The position numbers were made by a program, and so were the translations under genes. Shown piece after piece: positions 50,834 through 63,080 of a stretch of DNA of 64,000 bases. The stretch lies in the NCBI GenBank assembly GCA_964106915.2, contig OZ066918.1, one strand, 5' to 3'. Within the stretch, counting starts at the first letter, position 1. Each line of letters starts with the position of its first letter. Source of the DNA: Podarcis gaigeae (taxonomy: Eukaryota). Under the pieces are notes generated by a model, which saw only the letters and a list, made by a program, of their open reading frames with translations, did not search any database and was not told the DNA's origin.

Positions 50834-51504
50834 GTGTAGACAAGCTAGATGAACCAATGCTCTGGTTCAATGTAAAGCAGCTGTCGATGTTTTGCACAGT
50901 TTTACACCATCTGGCAATCCTCTTCCATTACCTTTGGGCTCTTCTAATGTGCTCTTCAACAAGCCATTCAAGTGCTAACATGCACAGTGGCCACTTTGAT
51001 CGAGACATTATATTCTTAGGTTCCAACAAATAGAATAAATCAATTCACCAAATACCCAAGTGTTGCATCAGTTATGAAGGTTGAATGCATATGTAAGTTG
51101 TAGCTTTACTTTTCCAAATATATTTAAGTGGAAGTACAATATTTTCTTGTTTGCAATTTAGAAGGAAAAAGATGTTTATATACTTATGTGTCCTTCATAA
51201 CTTACACAGGCATTTTATATTTAGGTATAAGAAACTGATCTTAAAAAAGGACCCAAGTATACAATTCTTATGAGATCTCCTTCATAATCTTAAAAATGCT
51301 AACCTATTTAGGTTATGCTATGCACCAGGTCAATACCGTAATGGTGAGCACAGATGTATTCTTGATGGTTGCCTCCCCATTATTGAAATGCCCCACCATA
51401 GAGGGGGCTGTCACTGCTTACCTTACTGGATCTTGTCAGGAAGTGTGACCTGTGGGAAGCTGTGGAGAAAACCTCATGCTACTTCCCACGAGCCACAGTC
51501 CAGA

Positions 51505-51588
51505 GTGCCTTGGGATCAGCACAGTGCAACACAACATGGCAGATCCTCAGAGTCCTTGCCAACTCTACAATTCTATGGTTCTATGATC
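51505..51588 (+). mobile_element. CR1 LINE extreme 3' end
   Basis: GATCCTCAGAGTCCTTGCCAACTCTACAATTCTATGGTTCTATGAT is the CR1 3' terminus with ATTCTATG-type repeats. Confidence 0.7.
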
Positions 51589-54234
51589 ACTCCCAAGGTG
51601 TTCCAGGAAGTGTGACCAGTAGGAGGAGCAGCACTCACTGCAGACCACAAAACCCATGATGCATGTTTGCAAACCCACCAAGCTGCATCTCTAAAATGTT
51701 TTTCAAAAAGATTGTGCAAATGGTGCAGCAGAAGGGGGAAAGGGTTTAACCTGCATCCTGTAAACACATTGAATCTTATTCATGTAAGAAGTCTTATTGA
51801 TCCAGTTGCTGTGGAAGTACCCTCCTTCTCAAGCAAGCAAGAAGCATTCAAAAATATCCTTTTCTTTGCCTGCTTCTGGAGATGCAATGCACAGCTCTTT
51901 ACTGGTAACAACCATTGCAATGGAAATAAGCACCACCTTTGATTCAATGCACATATGCAAGGAAAGGCATTCACCAGACATCTGCCATACTGAACAAAGA
52001 GGAACCAGTAGTTGAAATGCTCTCCTTCATCTCTACAGAGGGGCTGTCCTGTAATAACTATGGTCAATCAGCAGGGCCTGGAAGGTCAAGGAAAGCAAGT
52101 ACAACAGTTGTTTTTATGTCTAGCAAGGCTTCGCACTTTGGAGCTGTTGTACTTGTGCACGCCTATCTGCTCAGGATGATGTTACCATTGAAGTAGATTG
52201 TGTTTGAAGTGCTAGGTACAATATGTTTGTGTATAATCAGCAGTGTCTAAAAGACAGTCAGATGAAACTGAGATCATACCTGGGCTGTAATGCACATCCG
52301 ACTCAATCAGAGACACATCAATCATGGGATCTGTATTTTCATGTTCAGCCAGACAAGCCCCAAATGAAGAACAACACTAAAAATAAAAAAAAATCCAAGA
52401 TGCAAAAGGCACAGCAGCAGCAGCAGGCTGCATTTCCACTTTTTCAGTGGTAAGTCTTGCAGTGAGTGTACCTGATCTATTCTCCCTAATAACAGCTTTC
52501 TTAAACATAAATGGGATCCCTGGGCAGCTTTATGATGTTTCCCCTCTTTATGCTGCTGGCATTTCTTTTGCAGTGTGTGGGGTTTATTTCAGATGTCACT
52601 GATTTGCAAAATCCACCCCTACTCCCTCCACTTTCACAACAAAGTGCACGGTGTGTTCTGCATACCTACAAAACACCCTTTGTACCTCTACATGATAGAG
52701 CATAACTGTTTTATGATCCAACCCCTTTTTGGGATTGAGAACCCATATGATCCATATTACTGAGCTTTTAGTAAAGGGGCTCTAATAGGATTCCTTTACA
52801 AAGATTCCTCCCCATTATTTGGCTTGAAGGAAATGAAGAACAGGCCACAATCATAGCCCTAAAATGCTACCTTTCCCCAGCACTAGCCTACAACTGACTC
52901 ATTTCAGGTTTTTGGTTTTTTTCGTGCACCTTGTGGTCCCCCTGCTGTCAGCAAAGACTCAGAAACAGAAGGAAAGACGCCAGGGAAGTAAGTGGTTGGT
53001 GAATCTCTTGGGCAGAAAGAAGCATGAGGTCTTCATTCAACTCATCCATGTTTCTGGCTGCTGCTTACAATCTCTTGCAACAGATTACAGGAAAGGTTAC
53101 GTATCATACATAAGTGAGTGTGTGGGAAGCAGCACCACAGAGGGAATTGTTGTGACGCTATTTACAGTGGAAGGAAGAGAGATACTGATGTGGAGAAAGT
53201 TATCCTCATGTATCTACACAGCATCATACCCTGAAAAGGATGAGTAAATAAATGTCGGGAAACGCAGAAAGATGGAGAAAAAAGAGGAGGATGCAGTGAT
53301 GGATGCGGATGCAAAACAACAACAACCATTACTTAAGAAGAAGGCAAAGAGGTGAGATGTTACCAGAAATAATGGGGCAAGATGGAAGGGGATAGAGTTG
53401 GTGGTGCTATTACCGCAGTAAAAAAATCATCACTCAGAGAAACCCGGCTGGCGTGATTTCATCTTCACTTGTGCACAATGACTGCTGGGTAAATATTGAC
53501 CGAGGGAGTGGAGCAATAGCTCACTGTGGCTGTGAAGGGCCAGTATGATGAAAGTGATCAGCATTCAGGGAAAGGAAGGGGAATGAGGTATGAGCTTTTG
53601 ATGAAGGATGAGGGTCACCTAATCTCCCTTTATGAACTCAATGCAAGGTAAATGAGCAAAGGGAAACATCAGGACAGGCAGAGGCAGGTGGAATGTATTA
53701 TCCCATGAAGAGACACCACAGTCCTGCTCCTCAATCACATGCACAGCCCTTCCTGTTCATGTTACATCCCATTTGCCTTTCATTTTTTCTCTTTCTTGAC
53801 ATTCAGCTATTCTGCTTCTGCTTTCCTTTTCTACATAGTAAGGCACACAGCCTAGCACAGAAAGGAGCCAGAAGTGGCCTTGGACATTTTGGCACCTGAA
53901 ATGAAATCTCCAAATGGCATCCCCTGCCCTGCTAGAGCCTAGACCTTTTCTTCCTTCTTCTTTTTTACTGACACACACAGGTTAGTTGGCAGCAGAAAAG
54001 TGGCACCCCCATAGAATCTGCCTCCCTGGTGGGAACTTAAAAATGAGTTCTGGTTGGGTGATGAGAGTTGAACACATCAGGCTGGTGAAAGTAAATGTGG
54101 GACATGTCCTGTGTCCTTTTCACATTCAAAAGATGCACCTGAAGACACTGGTGCATATTTCTTATGCTTCCAGACATGTCTCATATCTATGCTGGCTATT
54201 AGTTTATGCCCCCCACATGTCAAGACTTAGGAAG

Positions 54235-54548
54235 GGGTCATAATTGGATGGTATAGATATATTTTGTAGATAGAAGGTCCCAGGTTCAGTCCCTTGCAGT
54301 CTCCAGTTAAAAAAACCAGGTAGCAGGTGATATGAAAGACCTATACCCAAGACCTATACCCATGCGCCATTAGTCTGGTCCTGTAGAACAGTGTTTCCCA
54401 ACCTTTGGTCTCCAGCTGTTTATGGACTACAATTCCCATAATCCCTGACCACTGGGTCTTGCTAGCTAGGGATGATGGGAGTTGTAGTCCAAAAACAGCT
54501 GGAGGCCAAAGGTTGGGAAACACTGCTGTAGAAGGCAGCTAGCTTCAT
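54235..54548 (+). mobile_element. Old tRNA-derived SINE (Squam2-like), internally deleted and MITE-interrupted
   Basis: AGAAGGTCCCAGGTTCAGTCCCTTGCAGTCTCCAG head (B-box GGTTCAGTCCC). 3' segment ...GTCTGGTCCTGTAGAA|GGCAGCT. Confidence 0.6.
54389..54525. mobile_element. Palindromic hAT MITE (137 bp), CAGTGTTTCCCAACC termini
   Basis: TIR CAGTGTTTCCCAACCTTTGG / CCAAAGGTTGGGAAACACTG. Exact 8-bp TSD CTGTAGAA at 54381-54388 and 54526-54533. Confidence 0.93.
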
Positions 54549-55189
54549 ACACTCATCATCTTTCATTCAGATAAAGCTCCTCTGACACTAATGGGTGCCG
54601 GCAAATGTATATTTAGATGCAGGACTGAAGTTCTGATGTTTACCCCTTGCTGCCTTTTCCCTTTGAGACTGCTCACTCCTACACATAGATGTACCCAACC
54701 AACACACATAATACAAATGTGTCAAGTGAAACCAAACAACAGCAGCATGTATAGGGTTAGGACTGCAGCTGCTGGGTCCCATTTTCACCTTTTTATGCAG
54801 ATGCAGGAAGAGCAAAAGCCTGGGAGGTCAGACATCTGCCGGAACTCATGCCTTCTGTTCCAGAGCTTACGCCAGATGTGCACAAGTGCCCCACCAAATG
54901 CTTCCAGTCACAAAGATGTGCTGCTGTTGGCTCTGCCCTGCCCTTCTATTCCATGACCCTTTGAATAGGATGTGTGTACGATACAGTGTGGAGGAAACGC
55001 TCAGCCTGCAGTGAGTCAGCATTAACAGATCTGGTGAATGTCCTGCACACTGAGGCAATGGAGAGGCCCATGCAATGCAGAATCGGATACCCAGCTCATT
55101 TGATCCACCACCCTTTTTACTAGCAGCAACTTTGTATAGGGAAAAATGACAGAAGGGCTCTGTGGTGCACTGAAGACTAGCACAGCCCC

Positions 55190-55792
55190 TGTCAGGCTCC
55201 CATCCCAAAACACAACAGCCCCTACTCTTACTTGTAAATAAGGAAGAGGTCTTTATTCAGGCTGATAATAGTTCAGCATCAACAGCAAGTACAAGCTCCA
55301 GAAGTCAAGGTTCCAAGATATAGGAGCAAGGCAAGAGCTTCATAAACAGAAGCTAAGGAGATGTCCTCATGGTGGACAGACTCCTCCAGACAAGCTTTTA
55401 AATATGATGTGGGGCATGCTCATTCACAGGACTCTCGTGACCTATGACTCTGCTGCATACACATGCACACACAGACACTCACTTCACATAGACAGATGAG
55501 TTTGGTCTCACCTGTGAAGGCCCTGCCCTGCCTCTCTGACTTCAGCTCTGGCTCCTTCTGTTCAGACCTCCCTGTGGTGGGTTATAGTCCTCCTCTCTCT
55601 CGATGAGGCTGTGTGCTCCACCAGAGGGACAAAGGAGAGAGTTGGCAACTGTGCTTCTTCTTCTCTGACATCTAGAGTCATAAGGAGAGAGCCTTCTTTC
55701 TCCACCCCTGGTTGTCAGGCTTCCAGCTCCTCCTCCTCCTCCATATCTGCCAAGCTATGTCAGATCCTGATGCAGTCAAGGGGCTCATAACA
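55190..55792 (-). mobile_element. Probable solo LTR (603 bp)
   Basis: TGTCAGG...CATAACA termini, CCCC flanking both ends (4-bp TSD). TTTATT at ~55252 is an AATAAA about 60 bp from the minus-strand 3' end. Confidence 0.65.
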
Positions 55793-58700
55793 CCCCAGAT
55801 CATTTGATGCACAAAGTGGCCTGGAAATATGGTAGGGTAGCACACAGGGGAAGGGTGGAGGAGGATTTTACACAGTGAAACAGCCAAAGGATGCCAGCAT
55901 ATGTGTGTAATAAGGGCTGGGGCTGCAATACCACATTTTTAAACAGGAAAAGGAGAAGGAAGTATTGGGATCATCACAGCATGATGGGATCATGATCCTT
56001 TTGCTGAAGCATGATCCCATCTAGTGGAGAGTCATAATGTCATAGGTGTGGTACAATTTGGGTGGAAATATGCTAAAATAATTTTCTGATGTAGAAAATT
56101 CAGAAAATAAGACTTTCTGTATTTTATGTCTCAACGTTCTTTACTCAAGAGAAGTCCACAGTTTCTATTTGCTGAACACATTCAAGCAAAGAAAATGAGC
56201 AAATCCAAAATTCCATTGACAACAGTGGGAGGGATACCTGGCACTCAGAGAGACTGGACTTTTTTGCCTGCTACAAAGATCATTACTTTTAATACCAGTG
56301 TCTCTTGCTCCCTTTAGTACATTATCTTGTAGCCTCCGATTTACATCTCTCTCTTGAATTTTCTGCAATTTATTTAGTAAGTGTTTCATTGCTCCTGGAA
56401 GTATTGTTAAGCTATTTGTCTAATCTCTTCTCATAGTTCTGGATCTCCCAAATAGCTATTTCCATGTCAAATTGTCCACTGCAGCTGCAGAGATACTAAA
56501 AATGCTGTGATTTTTACTGATGCACTCACCAACCTTCCCACCATCTCTGAGCCACAACTAGAAAAGCAGGAAGGTGGTGTGGTGGGAACTGGATTCAATT
56601 TCCATTTAAAAGTGAACCTTTGGAATTCAGACTTCTCCAAAATTTACATTGCAGTTCTCCCTGATGTAGAATAGCAGCGCATGGGCACAGCTAAGGGAAA
56701 AGTGACAAATAAACAAAAAAAGGAGCCATCTCGCCTGGCTTTTTCTCTGTTCTGTAAGTGGCTATGAGCCTTCCTTCATTTCTATAGCAAATACTTGAAC
56801 AGAATGTCTGTTTATATTAATACTACTATTCTGAACTGTTATTCTAGTCTTTCCTGATCCTCTCTCTTCAATCATCTTTTTGCTGACATCCTTAGCAAAT
56901 GGCCACAGCATATGAAGAATCCTGCTGGATTAAGCCAAGGGCCCAAAGTGAAACCAAATGCCTATGGGAAGTCCACAAGCGGGACATGAGTACAATAGCA
57001 CTCTCCCACCACTGGCATGCGCAGATATGCTGCTTCAGCAGAAATATGGTGTGTCAGGTGGAGGCTCACACCTTTGTTCTCCTGAGTTCTCCTCAGTTAT
57101 GCTAAAAGCAAGCAAATCTTTTTTCCCTTCAGACAAGGTGGGGGGAAAGAAACATTCCCTCACCATTATTATTCTTTTGTGGTCCTGGAAAATTTACTAG
57201 CTAGCATCTGGCATTTCCCTTGGTAGTCTCAAATGGAAAAGCTCACTCACACCTTTTACACAGAGCCAGATCTTTAATGTCCCATGCAGTGGACCCTGAA
57301 GGCAAGGAACATTTGTGAATTGATGGGATTGTGAGGTTGTTAAGGAAACCATGGGCAGGGGGCTGCAATGAATGCTAAGCCATCACCCAGACCTCTGTAA
57401 ACCTGCTGGGTCAGCATTTTCAAAATGACTGCCACAATCCCATGTAGACCCTTAGCTGTTATCCCCACATATGGTGCATCCAACAAAGGTGAGAAAAGTA
57501 GGCCTGTTCTGGATTCAGGTTCTCTACACCAACTTTCAGGGCCTCGTGGTTTTTATTTTTTTGAAATATGGCAACCATGCTACTGAGGTGTTGCTGCTAA
57601 CATAATTTGGACCAAGCTTCCTGAAAGGCCACAAGCACCTACAGAGATCCATAGGATCACTCAGGATCACATTTCATTTACAGATGAAGAAGCCCATGGT
57701 CACAAGGTCCCTCCTGTGTATTCCAAGGTGTAGATTCTGTCAAAGTACAGTTCAACAGACATATCCTCTCTATATTTCCTTTCAACTAAGAGTGTTTGGG
57801 AAGCAAGGGAAACAATGATGCAAGCTCTTCATATTATTGTTCATTTGGCAACTGTATGTGAATTCTTTAGTTCCAGGAAATTCCTACTTACATGGAAATT
57901 ATTGCAACTGTTTTGTCCTCTGCTGGGTTTTATGCTACATGTAATTTCTGTGTCTTGCCATTATTTTCCTCCACATGTCAAGCTCTTTCTTTCTTGTCAT
58001 AATTAAAAAAAATTAATGAAAACATTTGTGAGGGGGGAAATAAACTGTACATAAATTAGCCCTTTGTGAACTTGGCCTAATACTCCAACATGGGGAAATA
58101 GTACATTCTCTGCTTTCCATTTGGCCGTGTCTTGCTTCATATCCTAGGCCAGTTTACAAGCCTGTTTTTAGCTACAGACTTACATCAGCTTGCAATGGAG
58201 CTCCCTGGCAAGAGGCTCGCTTGCACTCTCTCTTCCCTTTCTCACTCCTTTTCCTCCCCTTCCTCCCCCCTCCCCCAGCTCTAAGCCTGACTGAAGAGCA
58301 GCAACATGGGGCTGGCCTTTCCTTTGTCTAGCATGGTGACTTGGGCAGACTCTGGAGAGGACTGAAGAGCTCTGTGACTCTATCTCTGTCAAACTGCCGT
58401 GATTCATCTATCTACTTAAAAGCTATCCATAAATCTGTCTCCGCTCACTGGTCTATTACACCGCTTCCCAATCAATCTACATCTCCTCCTGCCATCCGTC
58501 AGTCCATCTGTATGTCTTCACCTCAGAGCTGGGACTGGCCAACCCTATGCATCCGTGTACAGAATTTCGGTGTGTACTGTGTCTATTAATCGCTAACTGG
58601 GTAGGAGCCTGGCTGTAGCTGCAGCCCTTGGACTCTATTCATATGAATCTGTCAAAGTTATCTCTTTTGCATAGTGGAGAAGATCAAAGGAAACAAAGGG

Positions 58701-59009
58701 TTAACCACAGAGCAAGCAGGTAATTTTGCTCCAGCTGTTTTAAGGCACAAGCATCTGGGACTTGTGCAGGTGAAGAGTTGAAGGCTGATAGGTAGAAATG
58801 ACACCCCTGCAATCTGCTTGGCTGTCTCCTTATCCTTGAAATGTTTTCCCCAAAGCTATAGGAGAATATCAAAGAGAAACATCTGGAGTAGTAAGGGGTC
58901 TGGGAAAATGACTTCTGAATGTTCTGATCAAAACCTGAAGTGCAGGTGTCTCCACAGGACAACACTATAGGCATGCTCTAAAGTATCTCCTTCTAGAATC
59001 TCTGGAGAC

Positions 59010-59198
59010 AGGAACAGAGGAAGTTGCCTTATTTAGACAGGAAGTCATACTTTTGGCCCACTCAGTATTGTCTACACTGACTGGCAGCAGCACTTCAGGA
59101 ATACTGGCAGGGTTCTCTCCCAGCTCTACCCAGAGATGGCAGGGATTGAACCTCAGATCTTCTTGAAAGACAGGTGCTGTAACACTGAGCCACAGTCC
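59010..59198 (-). mobile_element. tRNA-derived SINE (Squam2-like)
   Basis: Minus strand reads GGGACTGTGGCTCAGTGTTACAGCACCTG...GGTTCAATCCCTGCCATCTC...GCTGCTGCCAGTCAGTGTAGACAATACTGAG...AAGGCAACTTCCTCTGTTCC. A and B boxes visible. Confidence 0.75.
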
Positions 59199-59649
59199 CT
59201 TCATAACATAGGCTTTAGCAAAGAGCTTGGAAGCCATCTATTAAGCCCAACAGGAGACAAATCCTTGCCCAAGTTTGCACATGTTGGTCAAAGTAGTATT
59301 AGGTTACAGTCCCTCCCTCTATGATGCATGAAGCAATACAACCACTGGATCAGCATCCGTACAGAAGAGTCTCAACACTCCTTACAATTAAAGGAATGGT
59401 AAATGCGTGCACCAGATGAGGAGAGGAACCATTTTCAGCTCCAAGCCAAAGCTATGTTAAAAACTGTCCTCCCTATAAACAACTAAAACTAAATCAACAG
59501 TATTGAATGTATGCAAGCATGGAATCATGTGCAGTGGCATCAAAAGCTGTTGCACATGCTTAAGCCCCCAGTGAGATATGCAACCTCGCCAACTCACATA
59601 AAACCTTGAATATTTGCCAGCGATTTCTGCATTTTTCAGCAAAATAGAG

Positions 59650-59825
59650 TAAGAACATAAGAAGAGCCTGTTGGATCAGGCCAATGGTTCGTCTAGTCCA
59701 GCAGCCTGTTGTCACGAAGGCCAAGTGGATGCCTGTGGGATAAGCAAGACCAAGCACAAAAGCCCTCTCCCCTCCTGTGGCTTTCAGCCACTGGTATTCA
59801 GAAGCATCACTGCCTCCAACCATCA
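59650..59825 (-). mobile_element. CR1-like LINE 3' end fragment
   Basis: TAAGAACATAAGAAGAGCCTGTTGGATCAGGCCAATGG...CTAGTCCAGCA is the reverse of the common reptile CR1 (TTCTTATG) tail. A more decayed copy lies at ~56905-57020. Confidence 0.7.
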
Positions 59826-61068
59826 AAGAAGGGCATAGGCATCACTGGGACAGCACAACAACATATAGTGATGCACAGCAATGTGCACCTACCTGGTTTG
59901 GTATACTACTTTCCAGGTTGTAACGCTTGGCTTTCTCACAAATCAAAATACCATTTCCTCAAAAAGTTCTTCTCCAGCTTGGTAAAGAAAAGAGAGAGCG
60001 AGATTATGCATGCCCAATCCAAAGTCGCCTGCTGTGCAGTGCACACACTGAAGTCAGCCCCTTTACTCTTGATGAAACACTCCCTGCTTGTTATGAATTA
60101 TGTGACTAGTCACTTGCCCACCCAACCAAGCAGCCTTTTGTTGATGAGTATCTACTCCCTGTATAGACTGATTCTCTTGATCACTTATTGCAAATACTTT
60201 TGGTTGCCGTTCTCCATCCCTGTATAAAACCCTCTCATATTCTTAGGTGTGCTTGTGCTGTTTCTGAATTCCCCAGTAGCTCCCCATCATGGCTGACATC
60301 GTAAGGCAGGTGCTATGCAGATGATACCAAATGACTATTCCCAGGGGGTATAATGCAATGATCTGGAGATGTATACAGCCAACAGTGTGCACATAGTGAT
60401 TTAACAAGCATGGAGAGAATTCTCAGAGGAGCAGGGGGAAGACTAGCTTTTTCTGAATCTGGACTGAGAGAGCTCATAAAGAGTGAGCCTATTCCAAACA
60501 GAGCTGAGAAAAGTTCGCCCAGCATTGTAGAACTCAAGGCAGCTGCATTACAAAATACAAGTTGTTGCTCGACTCGTTACCACAGCACAGAGTTAAAATG
60601 ACAACTCAAGAGTGCCAGAATTAATGTACTGAGAGAGAGAAACGTTGGGAGTCATGGAATCCCATCACTGCACTCTTTTACTAAATCTTTACTGAGAAGT
60701 GGAGTGAGACCACCAGGTGTCTCTTTTATAATTATCAGGTTTAGAGATTAGTAATGTTCTACTTGAGAAGCATAATTATCTGGGCAGCATGTCAGGCTCT
60801 AAGCACAGAATTACAATCAACTGCTTGTGGAGCTGGAGTCCTTCCTTATTTTTATATCAGTCTTAACCAATTATGAACTAACTCATTCCATTATTATGAC
60901 AATAGCAGGTGTCAACATCAAGCCCTGCACCCCTCTCAGTCTCCCTTCCCTGAAATTTTCCAAACTGCGTTGATTCTAGTATTTTGGCATAGGACAATTC
61001 TCCTGGAAATATTATGCTCATTTGTTCAGTTGTTGTGCTCTTATTTTGTGAATCATTTCATTGTTGTT

Positions 61069-61100
61069 GTTTATTTATTTATTTATTTATGTATTTATTT
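61069..61100. repeat. (TTTA)n microsatellite
   Basis: Directly visible. Confidence 0.85.
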
Positions 61101-62863
61101 AAAAAGATTTTTAAAAGCTTAGCTCTTGCTTATCATACGATTGCACACAAATCTTTATTTTCATTCTAAAAAGAAAGGTTGTACTAACCTCCATGATTAC
61201 CAGATGGACAGATGCTTAATAAACAATCCCATTGGACAGAAAACTAGAAAACAATTTACAGAAGTCTGACTCCCAAACATATTCTTCTTATCTTTTTAAA
61301 AAAATGATATTCACAAGATTCTGATGTCTCTCTTTTTTTTGTAAGCCACAACATCTAAAGCTGGAAAGAACATGCACAGAGTTAGATTCCATGGTTGGAA
61401 AAGTCTCATGTCCCCAAAGTTGAGTCAGATGTATACGACAGACCATCTAAGCCCCTTTACCCAGCTGCAAGAACTGGAAACTCATTATCTCCGGGCTTCT
61501 CCCCTTATTGACAATCTGCACATGTACCTGCATCTCCTGTTAGGCTGGCAGATCTGGAGTACCTGCACCAAAATGTTCTCTCCCCTTTTGCTAATTCATT
61601 TCGCCACACGTCAATTAAATTCATATGCTAATTCATTTCAATGTGTGTCAACCTAATGCATAATTTTCAATTTCCTTGTTCCCTTGCTACACCTGTTCTT
61701 CTTTTAACTTTGCTCTGCTAAGCCTTCCTCTTCCCTCCCCATTCCCTCCCCTTTTGCCTTGAGTTTTAAAGTTGGACTGTAAGCCTGTGGGCAAGGTCTT
61801 CTTTATACGTTTTAGATAGTAATACCATAGTATATAAGTATTAAATGAGGAGGTGGGGATGAAGCTCTTTATAGAGGAGGATTTGACTAGGAAGAGGGAA
61901 CCCTAGTCATACAGATTTAAAAACAGCTTAGTGGAAGCCACAATTACATTGTATGGATTCTGCCTGGGAAATGATGGCCTGCACAGCTAAAAGAGTTGTA
62001 CTCGTCACCTTGACTCTCTCTATGGATTCATCCAGATCTGCTGACAATGGTGAAAAATGTGTGGTTTGACTCCCTTTTCCTCCTGTCAGCACTGCAGACC
62101 CTGCTGAGCTCTAGGGCAAGGGAGCCTGGATTTTCTCCGTGCTTTGCACATCAACTAAACTGCTAACCACTAGACTTTGCATATGCAGAGCCAGCCATAT
62201 AGCTCCCACGCAGCATAGCTGTAACACCACCAACTGCAGGCAGGAGACGAATAAAAGGGACTTACTGAGGGATAACAAAAAATGGCCCTGAAAATGCACA
62301 AGTCAAAGAGAGACAGCAGCCCTTCCTTCAGTGATATTACTCACAAATCATTTTCAGAACGCATCTGTATGAGAGCTGCCCTAGTCACAATTCCCTGGGG
62401 TGGTCACTTGTTCATCACCAAAGAGATAGGAAATGCACCATCAAAAAAGAGGAGAAAAGAGGGCTCAGATTTGCATAAAGTTTGCATATACTAATTTATA
62501 TGCATGCATATTCAGAAATAATTACTACAATTTAAGCAGAAATACGATACATCACACCCTTGCATGGAAGACCTGCGTGCCTGCTCAGTCTGCTTTCCGG
62601 GAACTCACTGCTGAAGGGCAACTTCAAGGCTCCTGCTTTCACATCTGAGAGTTCTTTATCTTCAAACTGGGCCATCCTTCAAATAGAGGACTCCTTCAAA
62701 TAAATGACTGCCCTCTATAAAGTACGACATGTGACCACCATACAAACCACACACCGGGACTCAAAATACCTCGTTGCATGTGGAGCATCGGCTAAGCAAA
62801 GTCTATGTCAGGTGGCCTTCTTGTGTTGACAATGTCTTATGAGGTGGCCTTTAGATGCTATGG

Positions 62864-63063
62864 NNNNNNNNNNNNNNNNNNNNNNNNNNNNNNNNNNNNN
62901 NNNNNNNNNNNNNNNNNNNNNNNNNNNNNNNNNNNNNNNNNNNNNNNNNNNNNNNNNNNNNNNNNNNNNNNNNNNNNNNNNNNNNNNNNNNNNNNNNNNN
63001 NNNNNNNNNNNNNNNNNNNNNNNNNNNNNNNNNNNNNNNNNNNNNNNNNNNNNNNNNNNNNNN
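62864..63063. other. Assembly gap (200 N)
   Basis: Run of exactly 200 N. The round number suggests a scaffolding placeholder of unknown true size. Confidence 0.99.
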
Positions 63064-63080
63064 TGTAACCCCCAATTGAC

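Larger units (their letters stand above)
50425..50895 (+). mobile_element. Old tRNA-derived SINE (Squam2-like) interrupted by two MITEs
   Basis: Segments GTCATAGCT...GCTTTGC...GGCATCTCCAG...GGGAAAGATCTCTGC..GAGACTCTGGAGA...GTGTAGACAAGCTAGATGAACCAATG..CTGG..CAATGTAAAGCAGCT become collinear with 59010-59198 (reverse) after the MITEs are removed. Confidence 0.65.

Noticed and set aside
59709-60227. Longest ORF in the track (172 aa)
   Set aside because: Starts within a CR1 3' UTR fragment at a non-ATG codon, is antisense to EPHB1, and shows no domain or coding-like composition.
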